This document shows, one piece after another, positions 28,245-41,500 of a stretch of DNA of 64,000 nucleotides. The DNA is from the human T2T-CHM13v2.0 reference genome, Homo sapiens, in assembly GCF_009914755.1 (NCBI RefSeq), contig NC_060935.1, one strand, 5' to 3'. The position numbers and the translations under genes were made by a program. Numbering within the stretch: position 1 is the first letter of the stretch; every line of letters begins with the position of its first letter. The notes below the pieces were generated by a model. The model searched no databases. It was not told the origin of the DNA and saw only the letters and a list, made by a program, of their open reading frames with translations.

Positions 28245-29790
28245 CCATTCTTCAACACTCACTGAGCCCAGAGAAGTAAAAGCAAGTCCAAGCATATATT
28301 GTATATTGAACACTACCTCTGTGAAAGAATTAAGCACCAGGGCTACAAAGATGAGTAAAACAAATTTCTAATCTGAAAGGAACTTAAAATCTAATAGGGG
28401 AAAAATCAATGCCAACAAGTAGGACAAGTACTAGATAACAGAATTATGAACACATCATAGTATAGAGGCAGCATTCAGCTCTGGTTAGGTAGTGCTGGCT
28501 AAATGAGATGGTGTCATGCAGTAATATTTGAGGTAGGTCTTAAAGGATGAGTAGTTTTCTGGACAAATGAGAATTGGTAGAAAGAAGGGCATATAAAAAG
28601 GATAGGGTCACAAAGCAGCCTGGGTTGGGGAGAACTATTAGTAATGGGATATGGCTGAATCATAGGATTGGAGAGGATGTGTAATGATAGATGAGATTCA
28701 CAGATAGTAAGAGATCAGGTTATGAAGGATCTTGAAGTCCATGCTAGAAAGTTTAGATTTTGTCTTTTTAGACAATGATAAGCCATTTAAGAACTTTAAG
28801 CAAGGGACTAACATGTTCAGAATTTTATTTTTGAAAGATGATTGTAGTTGTAATATAGAGAACGGATTGGAAGGTGAGGAAGATTGAACTCAGAAGGACC
28901 AATTTGTTGACAAGTGTGTTATGCAAATGAAGATGAATGAGAGTCTAAGTTAGGCAACAATAGCAAAGATGGATAGAAATAAACAGATGCAAGATATATA
29001 CAGGAAATAGAAAAAGGCTTCATGACCAATTGGCTATGATGGGGAGGGGTCATGGATGGCACAGTCAACTGTTTTGATGCTCTAGTGGATTTGCTGATAT
29101 GGATAATACAGAACTCTTTTTACTGACCAAGTTTTTGTGGGACTGTTATAAATCTGTGCTGGGTCATATTGAGTTTGATATTGCACGAGACCAAGGGAGA
29201 AGTTTGAAGGCAAATGGAATATGGACAGTCAAGCAGGAGACAGATCTATCTGGAAGGTGTGAACTTGAGAACCACATCAACATATAATGTTATGTGGAAA
29301 CCATGGGTAGAGATAAATTGTCCTAGGAGAGTATGTTAACAGACAACCAGATATGCTATGCCCAAATGTGAAGACTGGTTGAAAAAGGAAACCTATGCAA
29401 GAGACCAAGAGTATCTGGAGACAGAAGAGGAGAATAGAGTGACCATAAAGATAAAGGAAGAGAGTTTCAATGAAGGAATGTCAAATACATAAAGAGACCA
29501 AGAATGAGATTTTCAAAGCCTGAACATGTTCATTGAATTTAACAATATAGAGATCATTGTGACCTTGCTAAGAATACATTTAATGAAGTGATAGGCCTAA
29601 GTGAGTCAAGAAAGGCACCCAAGGAGGAAAATTTAAGGCGGCACTCACTCTCAAAGTTGTGCAAACATGGGGTCAGCACCTGAGAGTGAGAGCAGCCTTA
29701 AATCTGGCACCTGAGGTGCCTCACTGGCTTCACCCAAGTCCCATGCAGGCTAAGGAGTAAATGAGAGGAGAAGAAATAAAGTTAACAAGT
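28245..29790 (-). mobile_element. Antisense L2, degenerate
   Basis: cattcttcaacactcactgagc...; ccatgctagaaagtttagatttt...ttttaagcaaggga; gagatcattgtgaccttg. Confidence 0.65.
29593..29747. mobile_element. MER96-like palindromic hAT MITE
   Basis: aaaatttaaggcggcactcactctca...tgagagtgagagcagccttaaat inverted arms; matches recalled MER96 consensus. Confidence 0.7.
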
Positions 29791-29877
29791 GTACGCTGAC
29801 TGCACTGACTCAGGCCTTACACTCCTTTGTCCTGTAAATCACCCTGAAGAAGTAGGTTTAAGCCACCGTATTTTGTC

Positions 29878-31385
29878 TTTTTTTTTAAATTATTATACTT
29901 TAAGTTCTAGGGTACATGTGCACAACATGCAGGTTTGTTAGATAGGTATATATGTGGCATGTTGGTTTGCTGCACCCATCAACTCATCATTTACATTAGG
30001 TATTTCTCCTAATGCTATCCCTCCCCCAGCCCCCCACCCCCTAAAAGGCCCTGGTGTATCATGTTTCCCGCCCTGTGTCCATGTGTTCTCATTGTTCAAC
30101 TCCCCCCTGTGAGTGAGAACATACAGTGTTTGGTTTTCTGTCCTTGTGATATTTTGCTGAGAAAGATGGTTTCCAGCTTCATCCATGTCCCTGCAAAGGA
30201 CATTAAACTCATCCTTTTTTATGGCTGCATAATATTGCATGGTGTCTATGTGCCACATTTCCTTAATCCAGTCTATCATTGATGGACATTTGGGTTGGTT
30301 CCAAGCCTTTGCTATTGTGAATAGTGCCACAATAAACGTGTGTGGATGTGTCTTTGTAGTAGCATGATTTATAATCCTTTGGGTATATACCCAGTAATGG
30401 GATCGCTGGGTCAAACGGTATTTCTAGTTCTAGATCCTTGAGGAATTGCCACGCTGTCTTCCACAATGGCTGAACTAATTTACACTCCAACCAACAGTGT
30501 AAAAGTGTTCCTATTTCTCCATATCCTTTCCAGCATCTGTTGCTTCCTGACTTCTTAATGATTGCCATTCTAACTGGCATGAGATGGTATCTCATTGTGG
30601 TTTTGATTTGCATTTCTCTGATGACCAGTGATGATGAGCATTTTTTTATATGTCTGTTGGCTGCACAAATGTCTTCTTTTGAGAAGTGTCTGTTCATATT
30701 CTTTGCCCACTTTTTGATGGGGTTATTTTTTCTCGTAAATTTGTTTGAGTTCTCTGTAGATTTTGGATATTAGCCCTTTGTCAGATGGGTAGATTGCAAA
30801 GATTTTCTCCCATTCTGTAGGTTGCCTGTTCACTCTGATGGTAGTTTCTTTTGCTATGCAGAAGCTCTTTAGTTGAATTAGATACCATTTGTCTAGTTTG
30901 GCTTTTGTTGCCATTGCTTTTGGTGTTTTAGTCATGAAGTATTTGCCCAGGCCTAGGTCCTGAATGGTACTGCCTAGGTTTTCTTCCAGGGTTTTTATGG
31001 TGTTACGTCTTACATTTAAGTCTTTAATCCATTTTGAGTTAATTTTTGTATACAGTGTAAGGAAGGGATCCAGTTTCAGCTTTCTACATATGGCTAGCCA
31101 GTTTTCCCAGCACCATTTATTAAATAGGGAATTCTTTCCCCATTGCTTGTTTTTGTCAGGTTTATCAAAGATCAGATGGTTGTAGATGTGTGATGTTATT
31201 TCTGAGTGCTTTGTTCTGTTCCATTGGTCTATATATCTGTTTTGGTACCAGTGCCATGCTGTTTTGGTTACTGTAGCCTTGTAGTATAGTTTGAAGTCAG
31301 GTGGCATGATGCCTCCAGCTTTGTTCTTTTTGCTTAGGATTGTCTTGGCTATGAGGGCTCTTTTTTGTTTCCATATGAAGTTTAA
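29878..31385 (-). mobile_element. L1PA (PA6/PA7-like), 5'-truncated, about 1.5 kb
   Basis: Antisense 3'UTR and ORF2 C-terminus (ORFs 30263-30697 and 30723-31307 are ORF2p pieces); TSD agccacc(g/a)tattttgtctt at 29861-29879 and 31385-31403. Confidence 0.95.
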
Positions 31386-31424
31386 GCCACCATATTTTGT
31401 CTTACATGTACGGTAACTCAGGCC

Positions 31425-32170
<746 letters not shown>

Positions 32171-32192
32171 TTATTTTTAAAGGAAGCTTGTC

Positions 32193-33352
32193 AGAGCAAC
32201 AAGCAAAAATAGACAAGTGGGATTCCATAAAACTAAAAAGCTTATGCAAGCATAGAAAATAATCAACCAAATGAAAAGGCAACTTATGGAATGAGAGAAA
32301 ATATTGATGAGTCATACATTTGATAAGGGATCAGTATCCAAAATATATAAGAAACTCAACTCAATAGCAAGAAAACACATAACTTGACTTTAAAATGGAC
32401 AAAAGACCTGAAATGGCATTTCTCTGAAGAAGACATACAAGTGGCCAAGTATATGAAAAAATACTCAACATCAATAACCATCAGGGAAATGTAAATCAAA
32501 ACCACAGTGAGATATCACCACCCATTGGTTAGGGTGGCTACTATCAAAAAGACAAGACATAGCAAGTGTTGGTGAGGATGTGGAGAAAAGGAAACTCTTG
32601 GACACTCTTGGTGGGAATGTAAACTAGAACAGACATTGTGGAAAACAGTATGGAAGAAGTAAAGTCAGCAAGTGTATGTTTAATTTCTCAAAGAATTACA
32701 AATGTAACTACCATATGATCTGAGTACACATTCAAAGAAAATAAAATCAATTTGTTGAAGAGATATCTCAGCCTTATGTTCATTGGAGCATTATTTACAA
32801 TAGCCAAGATAAGGATGCAACCTGTGTCCATCAATAGATAAACAGATAAAGAAAATATGGTACTTATACACACTGTATACTATTCAGCCTTTAAAAGAAA
32901 AGGAAATGCTGTCACTTGTGAACCTGAAGGACATTATGTTAAGTGAAATAAGCCAGGCCCAGAAAGACAAATACTGCATGATCTCACTTACAAATGGAAT
33001 CTAAAAAAGTTGAACTAACGAAGCAAAGAGTAGAATAGTGATTGGGAAGATGCTATCAAAGAATACAAAATTTCAGTTAGACAGGAGGAATAAGCTCAGG
33101 AGATCCACCGTACTCTGTGGTGACTCTAGTTAATAACAATGTATTGTATACTTGAAAATTGCTAAGATGGTTGAGTTTACATGTTCTCACCACAAAAAAA
33201 AAGACATGTATATCAGGTAATGTGTATGTTAATTTGCTTGATGTTGCCATTTCAAATTGTAGGTATGTATCAAAACTTCATGCTGTATACCATAAATATA
33301 TGCAATATTTGTCAATTGAAATAATAATAATTTCTAAAATAAAACAAACTTT
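32193..33352 (+). mobile_element. L1MA (MA6-MA8-like) 3' end
   Basis: ORF2 C-terminus and 3'UTR (aaaatttcagttagacaggaggaataag); TSD ttttaaa(a)gg(a/g)agcttgtc at 32175-32192 and 33351-33370. Confidence 0.85.
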
Positions 33353-36300
33353 TTAAAAAGGGAGCTTGTCTGTGAAACAAAGGAAAAAGCTCAGATATTA
33401 GAACAAGGCTCATTTGAGCTATATATAACGGAATGAAAGGAGAAAATATTAATGAGCTACTCTGACTAACTTGGCCAGCTTATTTGTCTTATTGATTTGT
33501 TTCTAAAGAGCTCTGGACTTGCAAGACAAGAGATGTAATGCTTGCCTAACAGCTGGTTGTTCAATAAGTCTTAGTTTTCTTCCCTAAAATGTGGAAATGT
33601 AAACATTTATCTACTTATCTCATAGGATGGATGGTTATATTGAAAGACAAGTTATTACACTGAAAAGTGAAAATGTGAGATGTTAATAATTGTGAATCAT
33701 ATCAATTATAAGAGTAATGATTTATATTTACTGAACAGTACTGCACCCACCCTATCTCACCCGCCTGCCTCTCCCACTTCTTTCTATCTCTTTCATGAGT
33801 GCTTGAAGCTCTTTGATACTCTGCCATTGCTATCTTTTACTTTGGTTGAGTTTTACTAATGTCCGATAACTGAATAATGAACAAACCTCACCTGGAAAAG
33901 CTCCAACGTGTTTGTTCACCTTCAAAAAAGTATTCCAGCTATAACAGAGCACTTTAGAAACAGAAAATGTTCTGTGGTAGTGGCCATAGTAGTGATAATA
34001 GTAAGTACTGGTGGCGTAGTAATAGCTGTCTACACTATAGAAAATTGTATTTATTAATCTGAAATTGAGCTTAGCTCTTATATCTTTGTACCTTACAGAG
34101 AGTCCTATGTTCACCCTTTTGCCATACTTTTTAGACCAGAGTTTTTTCATGCCATTATACCAAGTTTTAATATAATTTGAGAGCATCAACAATCTAATTA
34201 ATTAGCAGACAGATGAGAATAACATTGTTATAACACAGTCTCACGAACTGCATAGACCCCAATTCCATGCTCATGGAGGCCAAGAGCTAATTCAAAAGGA
34301 GATTTAGGGTGCTGTGAAAACTTTTACAGCAGTAGCATAATTTTGGGATGCTATTAGAAAATGGGTACATTTTGTTACTTCATGTAGAAACATATTGCTT
34401 TATTCAAAGATAAGAGCAATTTTTGGAGCCCTCCTCTTGGTCAACACAGGAAGTCAGTTGGCTGGTTCAGAAGAGATTACTTGGTGATGCAATCTGTGAG
34501 GCTAGTCTCATTCAAACCAGGGAACAGTAACAAGAGTAACAGCAGAATGGCTAAGAAGCCAGCCACCATGAACCCCTCACTGGCTGGGCAGGTGGGTTCT
34601 CAATGCATTCTCAGGTCTCCTGACCGCCCGGGGATGGGGAGAGGAAAGCGCTAACATGCAGTCCACAATCCAGTGCTCTAGAAGTGTCCCAGCAGTGCCC
34701 AGGACTCTATTCTGTGTCACCCTTAGAGAAATCTTCATCCTTGGGCTGTTGAGCAACTCACCCTGGCTGAGGCTGAGGTGGGGAAGCGAAGGGTAAGAGC
34801 GCTCCTTTCGGCTCTGAATTTACTTGTCAAGCATGGTGAACATATGTAAAGAAGGCAGCTGAAGTGATGGGTTCACAGGGGTTGTTATACTATGCTCCCT
34901 ACTTTGGTGAATGAAATTTTTCATGAGAAATGCTAAAACAGAAAAGGCAGCTTCTTCACTGCAAAAAGTAAGGGTTTTGGAGAAGGAGATCTTTCTTCTC
35001 CAATTTTTTTCCATCATTTTCCTGGACAATGCTTTTTGTTCCACAGTTGGAAATAGGATTGGATATACAAATACAAAGTAGAATTGGGCAGCAAATAAAA
35101 TTCACTTTCAGATGGAAACTACTGAAAGTAGATCCTTTCCCAAGAGGGAGTAGCAGGGGACCAAGCACCTAAAAGGAGAGAGCGAAGCACCGAGGAAGCA
35201 ACATGGGAGAGTAGAAACTGGGACCCTCAGACACATTTTATTGACCTCTCCGCGTGGCCATCTCTCTGCCTCAAAGGTGTTCATTGGAGGACTCAACCTC
35301 GTGCTTCCTAAGGTCCCTTCTTCTCCTATGAGCTCCCCATCCTACTCCATCCCTGACACAATTACCCTGGGCTTCACAGACAAAGTCCCTCACTGGCTTT
35401 TGACCCCTGCCCCCTTAATAATATTAGACTATAAAGTTGCCTAGCATGAGGAGTTGCCATGACGACGGCACCCATATCCCTGTACAAGTGCCAGCACTGA
35501 GACCCGGGGGCTTGGGCACATGGCAAAAGGACAGCTTGAGAGAAACAATGGAGGGAGCCGACTGCAGATTCTTTTCATGCCTAATTACCCATGAGCACAT
35601 GGCACAATGGCTTATTTAACTCTGCCTTGGCTCAGAGTAGAGACAGGTTCTCATTCCAGTTGGAAAGGATTCCAGCTCTGGCCCATTGCAGGGAGGGGCA
35701 AAAGGAAAGGGAAAGTAAGTTACTGAAATGCATAGACCTTGTCTTCTTAATTATTTTGCATTTGGCCATCATTCCTTGTCTCAGAAGCTAATTATTCCAA
35801 GTCAGGAGAATTGTTCCACCTCAGAGTTAGCTGCAAGCAAAACGCTGACAACCTGTGCTGGGAACAACTGTTTCCTGTGCCTAGCTAGGCAATGGAAGAT
35901 CATTCTTTCTCAGAACTAACTCAGCCAGTCAGAGCATGGAATGACTTATTAAATCCTCAGGATGTGTAAGGTAACCTACCTACCTGTCTTCCTTCTTTCT
36001 TTCTTAGAATAGAATTCAGGCCTCACCACCCCCTGGAATTTTGCAGACTGTGGAGAAGCAGTCTTGCCAGAACCATGCTGTAAGATGATCCCAGGAAAAA
36101 GAGACAGAATGGACACACACGCAAAGAAGACTCTCCGCCCAGTGCAGACTCAAGGCCATGTGACCTTCTCCACACAGTGAGCCCACAGGTAACCAAAAGT
36201 GCTTCTGAGTCCTCAAAGATGGCAGGAGAGCAAAGGAGACCATTGCCTTATAAGCGTTAGGAGGGTGAGTGTTTTCAGAGATGTAATGCCATTGTTTTTT

Positions 36301-37467
36301 TTGTGGGTTCTCTTGTCATGGCAGCCAAATACATGTGGTAAGAAATATGTGGAGAATATTATATATTTTTATTGATTACCAAAATTGCATCCAAGTCAAT
36401 TCAGGTAACATTGCTTTAATTATCTGTTTGGATTCCTACTTCAGGTCCTGATCCCTTCTACTTTCTTCCCAATGTGATATGCTATTTATCACCGGACTCA
36501 AATAATGACAGGCAGGAGGCCAAAGGCTTTCCAACTCTCTTTCCTGACTCAGCAAAACCCAGTGGGTCCACCTGTATACCCTCTGAATATTTCTGCCTTA
36601 GCAGTGAAGGTACTGGATTGTAAGATTTTGGAAGCCATAATTCTGGGAGGGTCCAGAACATATTCTTCATTAAGGCAAAAAGAAATGCACAGTTCCAGGG
36701 GTCACTTACATCTCTGAGGAGCTCAGTGGTGACTGTCTTCTGTAGAACAGGACTGACAGGAGATGTAACCATGAAATTGAACCTCTTGATATTAAGTGGA
36801 GTTTCAAGTGGGGTCCGGAGTAAGATAAGGCTCTGCTGCAGATTCAGGCTCCAGTTCAAATCATCTTGCCACTCAGGCCTAGATCCAATGGTATAGAAGT
36901 GTTGGAGGTGGATAAAGAAGATATGTAGAATTGCAAGCCCCACTTGGAGACTCAAAGCACAGATCTATGATTGTGGAGGAAAACCATGCCTTCTGCAGCA
37001 GAAAATTATTCTCATATGAAAAGAAGCTCATAAGTAACTGAATGAGAGTAGGATACCAAGTGGCTATGTGACCAGGGCTGCTCATCAAAGTTGGAGATTG
37101 TCTGGGCAACTGATTCATAAGATCAGGTGGTCAAGGAAGTAATATCTATGTAATAGAAATTGAGCATCAGGCCTACAGAACTCCAGGAGGTACAAGTAAA
37201 TGATATGAGCAAGTGGCCAGACTTCTACATCCCCTTGCTCCGTTTCTCTCTCAACTCACATCTATAAAGAGTAAAAAATAGTTCAAGTCCAATTAAAAGA
37301 CTGGGACTACACTATATTGGGTGCTAGCAAAAAAAATGAACAGCTGATACATTACAGCATCACTCAGGAGTGACAAGAAGGGATCTTAGCAAAGGAAAAT
37401 TCTCCCAGAGGTCAGAGCTTTAAGCACTACTCTGGGCTATTCACTTCCTATGGAAGAAAATTTGAAA

Positions 37468-37537
37468 TGTGTGTATGTATATATGTATATATGTGTATAT
37501 ATGTGTGTGTGTATATATATATGTATATATATATATG
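37468..37537 (+). repeat. (TA)n/(TG)n compound microsatellite
   Basis: Seen directly. Confidence 0.9.
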
Positions 37538-37591
37538 ACTCCTGAGAAGTGACAACTTACCTGGCTCAAGGAAACAAGACTGGAATGTTTG

Positions 37592-38032
37592 TGTATTAGT
37601 TTCCTGTGACTGCTGTCAAAAACTACCAAAAGCTTGGTGACTTAAATCAGCAGAAATTTCTTGTCTCATGGTCTAGAGTCCAGAAGTTGGAAATCGGTAT
37701 CACTGGGTTGAAAGCAAGTTGTCTGCACCTCTTCCAGCTTCTGCTTGCTGCTGGCATTTGTTGGTCTTGTGACCACATCACTCCAATCTGTCTCCTTCTT
37801 CATATCATGTGCTCCTCAGTGTGTGTGGAATCTCCCACTGTCTCCTTCTTCTAAGGACACTTGTGATTTTATTTAAGGCCCTCCTGGATAATTCAGGATA
37901 ATCTCCCTATTTCAAGATCCTTAACTTAGTCACACCTGCAAAGACTATTTTTTCATATAAGGTAATATTTACAGGTTCCAGGGATAAGGATCTGATATCT
38001 TTGGGGGTTGGGGTGCATTACCAATCTACCAT
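37592..38032 (-). mobile_element. MLT1B/C-like MaLR solo LTR
   Basis: tgtattagtttcctgtgactgctgtcaaaaactaccaaaagcttggtgacttaaa...aggataatctccctatttcaagatccttaactta. Confidence 0.85.
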
Positions 38033-38509
38033 GATCTGGGACAGGTAGGTTTTAGGAAGACATTTGTTGGGGGTATTATCAGCCTACCACAATCTGGGTC
38101 CGGTAGACTTTAGGAAGACATTTGTAGCTGAACCTATGGAAATGGACGCAAAAGGTACAAGGATCTTTGTGTCTCGTGTTGCTGCCCACCAAGATGTATT
38201 CACCTCAGAAAAGGTTCTCAGTCCCCAGGGAGGTGGCATAACCTTCTGTGGACATCAACCAGCCTCTTTTCATGGTTTAATACTGTCTTGGGCCTTTGAG
38301 CCAGTGGCTATGATGGCAAAGATGGAGAACTGCATGGCTGCAACAACCTGGGTTCCCTCTCACCAAGGCTCTTGATACTGCTCAATCTGCCAGCATTAGA
38401 GACTGATTATAATCACTTGACATGGTTCTATTCCTTTCGGACAGAACATCTTAATCTTTGGTGAGTAAACAGTTTTTATATTTGCTGTTTTAAAAAACTT
38501 CCAAACACT

Positions 38510-38838
38510 GGCCAGGCACACTTTGGGAGACTGAGGTGGGCAAATTGCTTGCTCCCAGCACTTTGAAAGGCCAAGGTTGGGGGATTGCTTAAGCCCAGGA
38601 GTTCAAGATCAGCCTGGGTAACATGGCAAAGCCCATCTCTACGAAAAAAAAAAAAAAAAAAAATACAAAAATTAGCTGGGCATAGTGGTGCACACTTGTA
38701 GTCCTAGATACTCAGGAGACTGAGGTGGGAGAATTGCTTGAGCCTGGGGAGGTTGAGGCTGCAGAGAGCTGTGATTGTGCAACTGCACTCCAGGCTGGGC
38801 AACAGGGCAAGACCCTGTCTCAAATATATAAATAAATA
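38510..38838 (+). mobile_element. AluJ with a rearranged 5' end and expanded middle A-tract
   Basis: AluJ-type ttgcttaagcccaggag and gttgaggctgca. Confidence 0.9.
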
Positions 38839-39800
38839 ACCAAATGCTATGGAAAATACTTTTATATAATTCAATGAAATCATCATGGAAATAATCAGAA
38901 AAATTATCAGATGCTTAGACATTGTAGCAATGTCAAATTACTTTAAAAATGTTCCTAAACATTTACAATTTATATACTTACAATTTATATACTTATCACA
39001 GATTGGTAAAAGTGTGCAGACCAGCCCAGATCCATGGATTATGTTTTGAAATCACTGCCCTAGAAAATTATCCAGCACCTATTGGCAGATCACGTACATC
39101 AGATCCTTTCCAGCCTGACATGGGCAGTGATTCCTCTTTATCCAAGGCTATATCTATTCTGAAAATGGATTCTCCTCCCCTGCTCCTCACCATGTAGCTT
39201 TTACCAGCACCATGGTCTAAATGCCTAATCAATGGACACGGTATGACACTCCATGTTGCCTCAGGCCAAGAGAAATATTTTACAGCCAAAGAGGTACAAC
39301 CATGGACATATAACTATGGGACTTGTGGGTGTTACCATGTACCCCTCACCCAGAGGCAGCCAGCCAAATACAAAGATGAAACTGCCTGTGTCTCTAGAAA
39401 CTGGAACTCATTAATCTTGAAAGCAAAGGATAGTAGTAAGATTGAAACCTCTCTGAATCATTCCCAGTGACCTACTTGCAGAATTTGTGCTTCTCCTTCT
39501 TACATCATTGGACTCTGACAGATTAGAGGTCCTGACTCCTGGGAGGGAATGTTTCCACTAGGAGTTGTACTGAATTGAAGGCCGAGACAGCAGCTATGCC
39601 ACTCTTTACTCCTCATCCCAATGGACAAAAGTCAAAGAAAAGAATTACTGTATTCCTAGTGATAATTGAACCTGATGACTATGAAAAGTTAGGAATGCTG
39701 CCCCACAATAAGGGTAAGAAGTCTAAGGAATTCCCAGAATCCAGAGATCCACTGAGACTTCTCTCTGTGCTTCCATGCCCAATTATAAGAGCAAATGAGC

Positions 39801-40105
39801 AGCTGGATGCAATGGCTCATGCCTGTAATCCCAGCACTTTGGGAGGCCGAGGCAGGCAGATCACCTGAGGTCAGGAGTTAGAGACTAGCCTGGCCAACAT
39901 GATGAAACCCTGTCTCTACTAAAAATACAAAAATTAGCCAGGAGTGGTGGCACATGCCTGTGATCCCAGCTACCCGGCAGGCTGCGGCAGGAGAATCGCT
40001 TGAACCTGGGAGTCAGATGTTGCAGTGAGCTGAGATCATGCCATCATTGCACTCCAGCTTGGGTGACAAGAATGAAACTCTCTCTCAAAAAAAAAAAAAA
40101 AAAAA
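39801..40105 (+). mobile_element. AluS (Sq/Sx-like)
   Basis: Full dimer; TSD aaga(g/c)caaatgagca. Confidence 0.95.
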
Positions 40106-40527
40106 GAAGAAGACCAAATGAGCAATGTAGCAACCATAACTCAAAAAGGCAAGGCAATTTAGGCTGCAAACCCCTCAGGAGTAGAACTGTAGATTACCCC
40201 ACCAGAGAGAAAACTCAGCAGCTAAAGTGTTGGCTGATGGGAAGAAAAATCTAAAATGAATGGAGGAGAGGAGTGATGATGATTATTAAGGATGGCTTTG
40301 GGACCAGATGCAGCTTGTTTCCATATCCTTCTTGCTGTCAGTCCTCTCCCAAATTGCTGCTGGCCACTCTCCTGAAGGGGTCTTTGTCACTGGTTGGGCT
40401 TGTCCCTCCCCTATCAGAACATGAGTGAGGATGTTTTGTTTTCACAAAAATTGAGGTACTAAATTGTAATAGTGAGCCAGATATAATAGGAGGCCCCAAA
40501 CGGACTTTAATGGTGCAAGGGTTACAC

Positions 40528-40790
40528 TATTAGTCACTTATTTTGCACCATCTCAGATCCTCTCAGCCTCATCAGTTTTGGATACTTCTAACCACTTGTT
40601 CCACCCCAGATCCCACTGCAACAACAAATACTCTGAGTTTCAGTTCACTTAATTACAAGTAGCAGACACCTTGGTAACATATCCTCATATTGACTCACCC
40701 TCTTAATCTGCCTCACCACTCCTTCTTCCTTGACATTGTATACCTTAATCAAGTGGTAGTTCAGAAGCTTTTGCCTTAGCCTCTGTTTAG
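40528..40790 (+). mobile_element. Probable 3' LTR (LTR16/LTR33-like) of the ERVL relic
   Basis: Follows ggtgcaagggttacac at the end of the internal region; gcaccatctcagatcctctc...gccttagcctctgttt. Confidence 0.45.
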
Positions 40791-41500
40791 CCAAGGGCAC
40801 TCTGCCCGTGACTGCAGAGTTCATGTTATCACTGCCCTTCTTCCTAGGTGGGTCACCAATTATTTATGCTACTAATAATGGTGTATATTTTTTCTGCTAA
40901 AGCTGAACATCTTTCTTTACCTTTGTTTATCAAACAGTTAAAGAATTTCTGGACAAGCTAAAATGCTGGAGTCAACTAGAAAGAGTTTAAGGAAACAGAG
41001 ACCAATCACAAAGGTCAAGAGTTTGACATGGGGGAAAGTGAAAGGAAGAAACTGTATCATTGGAAGAATGCCATGAATATGAACGTCTTCCCATTGACAC
41101 TGAATTGAAATATTCTGCAGAAGATGCAATATTGCATAGGAAAGGCAACATGCCATCTTCCATTAAAAAAGTAAGAAGGATTAAAGGGAATTAGCAATGT
41201 TGAGGAAATTGTGCACCTTGAAAAAGATTCTCTCTAATGAATCTATTCCTACTAAATTTGGTGACAAATTTCCTCAATATTGAGTTCTTTCAATGGCAAA
41301 CTACCTCATAGAGAATTGCTACAGGCATAACATATTGCAAGTGATGGACCCTACAATGTGGAATTGTCTAAGTCAAAATTAAGTAGTGCGCATCTTTTTA
41401 TATAAGAGGATTGATTTATTTTGTTGTTGGTTTCTCACTTTTCAACTCTACTTTCAAATAATATCAATATAATCTATTTCTGATTTTTTAATATTTGCCT

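Larger units (their letters stand above)
36700..40527 (+). mobile_element. ERVL/HERV16-like internal region, heavily decayed, with nested MLT1 and Alus
   Basis: ORF 39243-39470 (VASGQEKYFTAKEVQPW..YHVP) resembles ERVL integrase SDQGTHFTAKEVRQW..YHVP; ORF 39575-39868 (KKRITVFLVIIEPDD..LGMLPHN) resembles ERVL dUTPase KKGVTVLAGVIDPDY..LLLHN; the IN-then-dUTPase order is ERVL-type. Confidence 0.75.

Noticed and set aside
29938-31307. ORFs of 158, 144 and 194 aa
   Set aside because: Fragments of a 5'-truncated L1PA ORF2/3'UTR, with no promoter, EN or RT domains
36482-36955. 157-aa minus-strand ORF
   Set aside because: Largely antisense to decayed ERVL internal sequence; no recognisable protein
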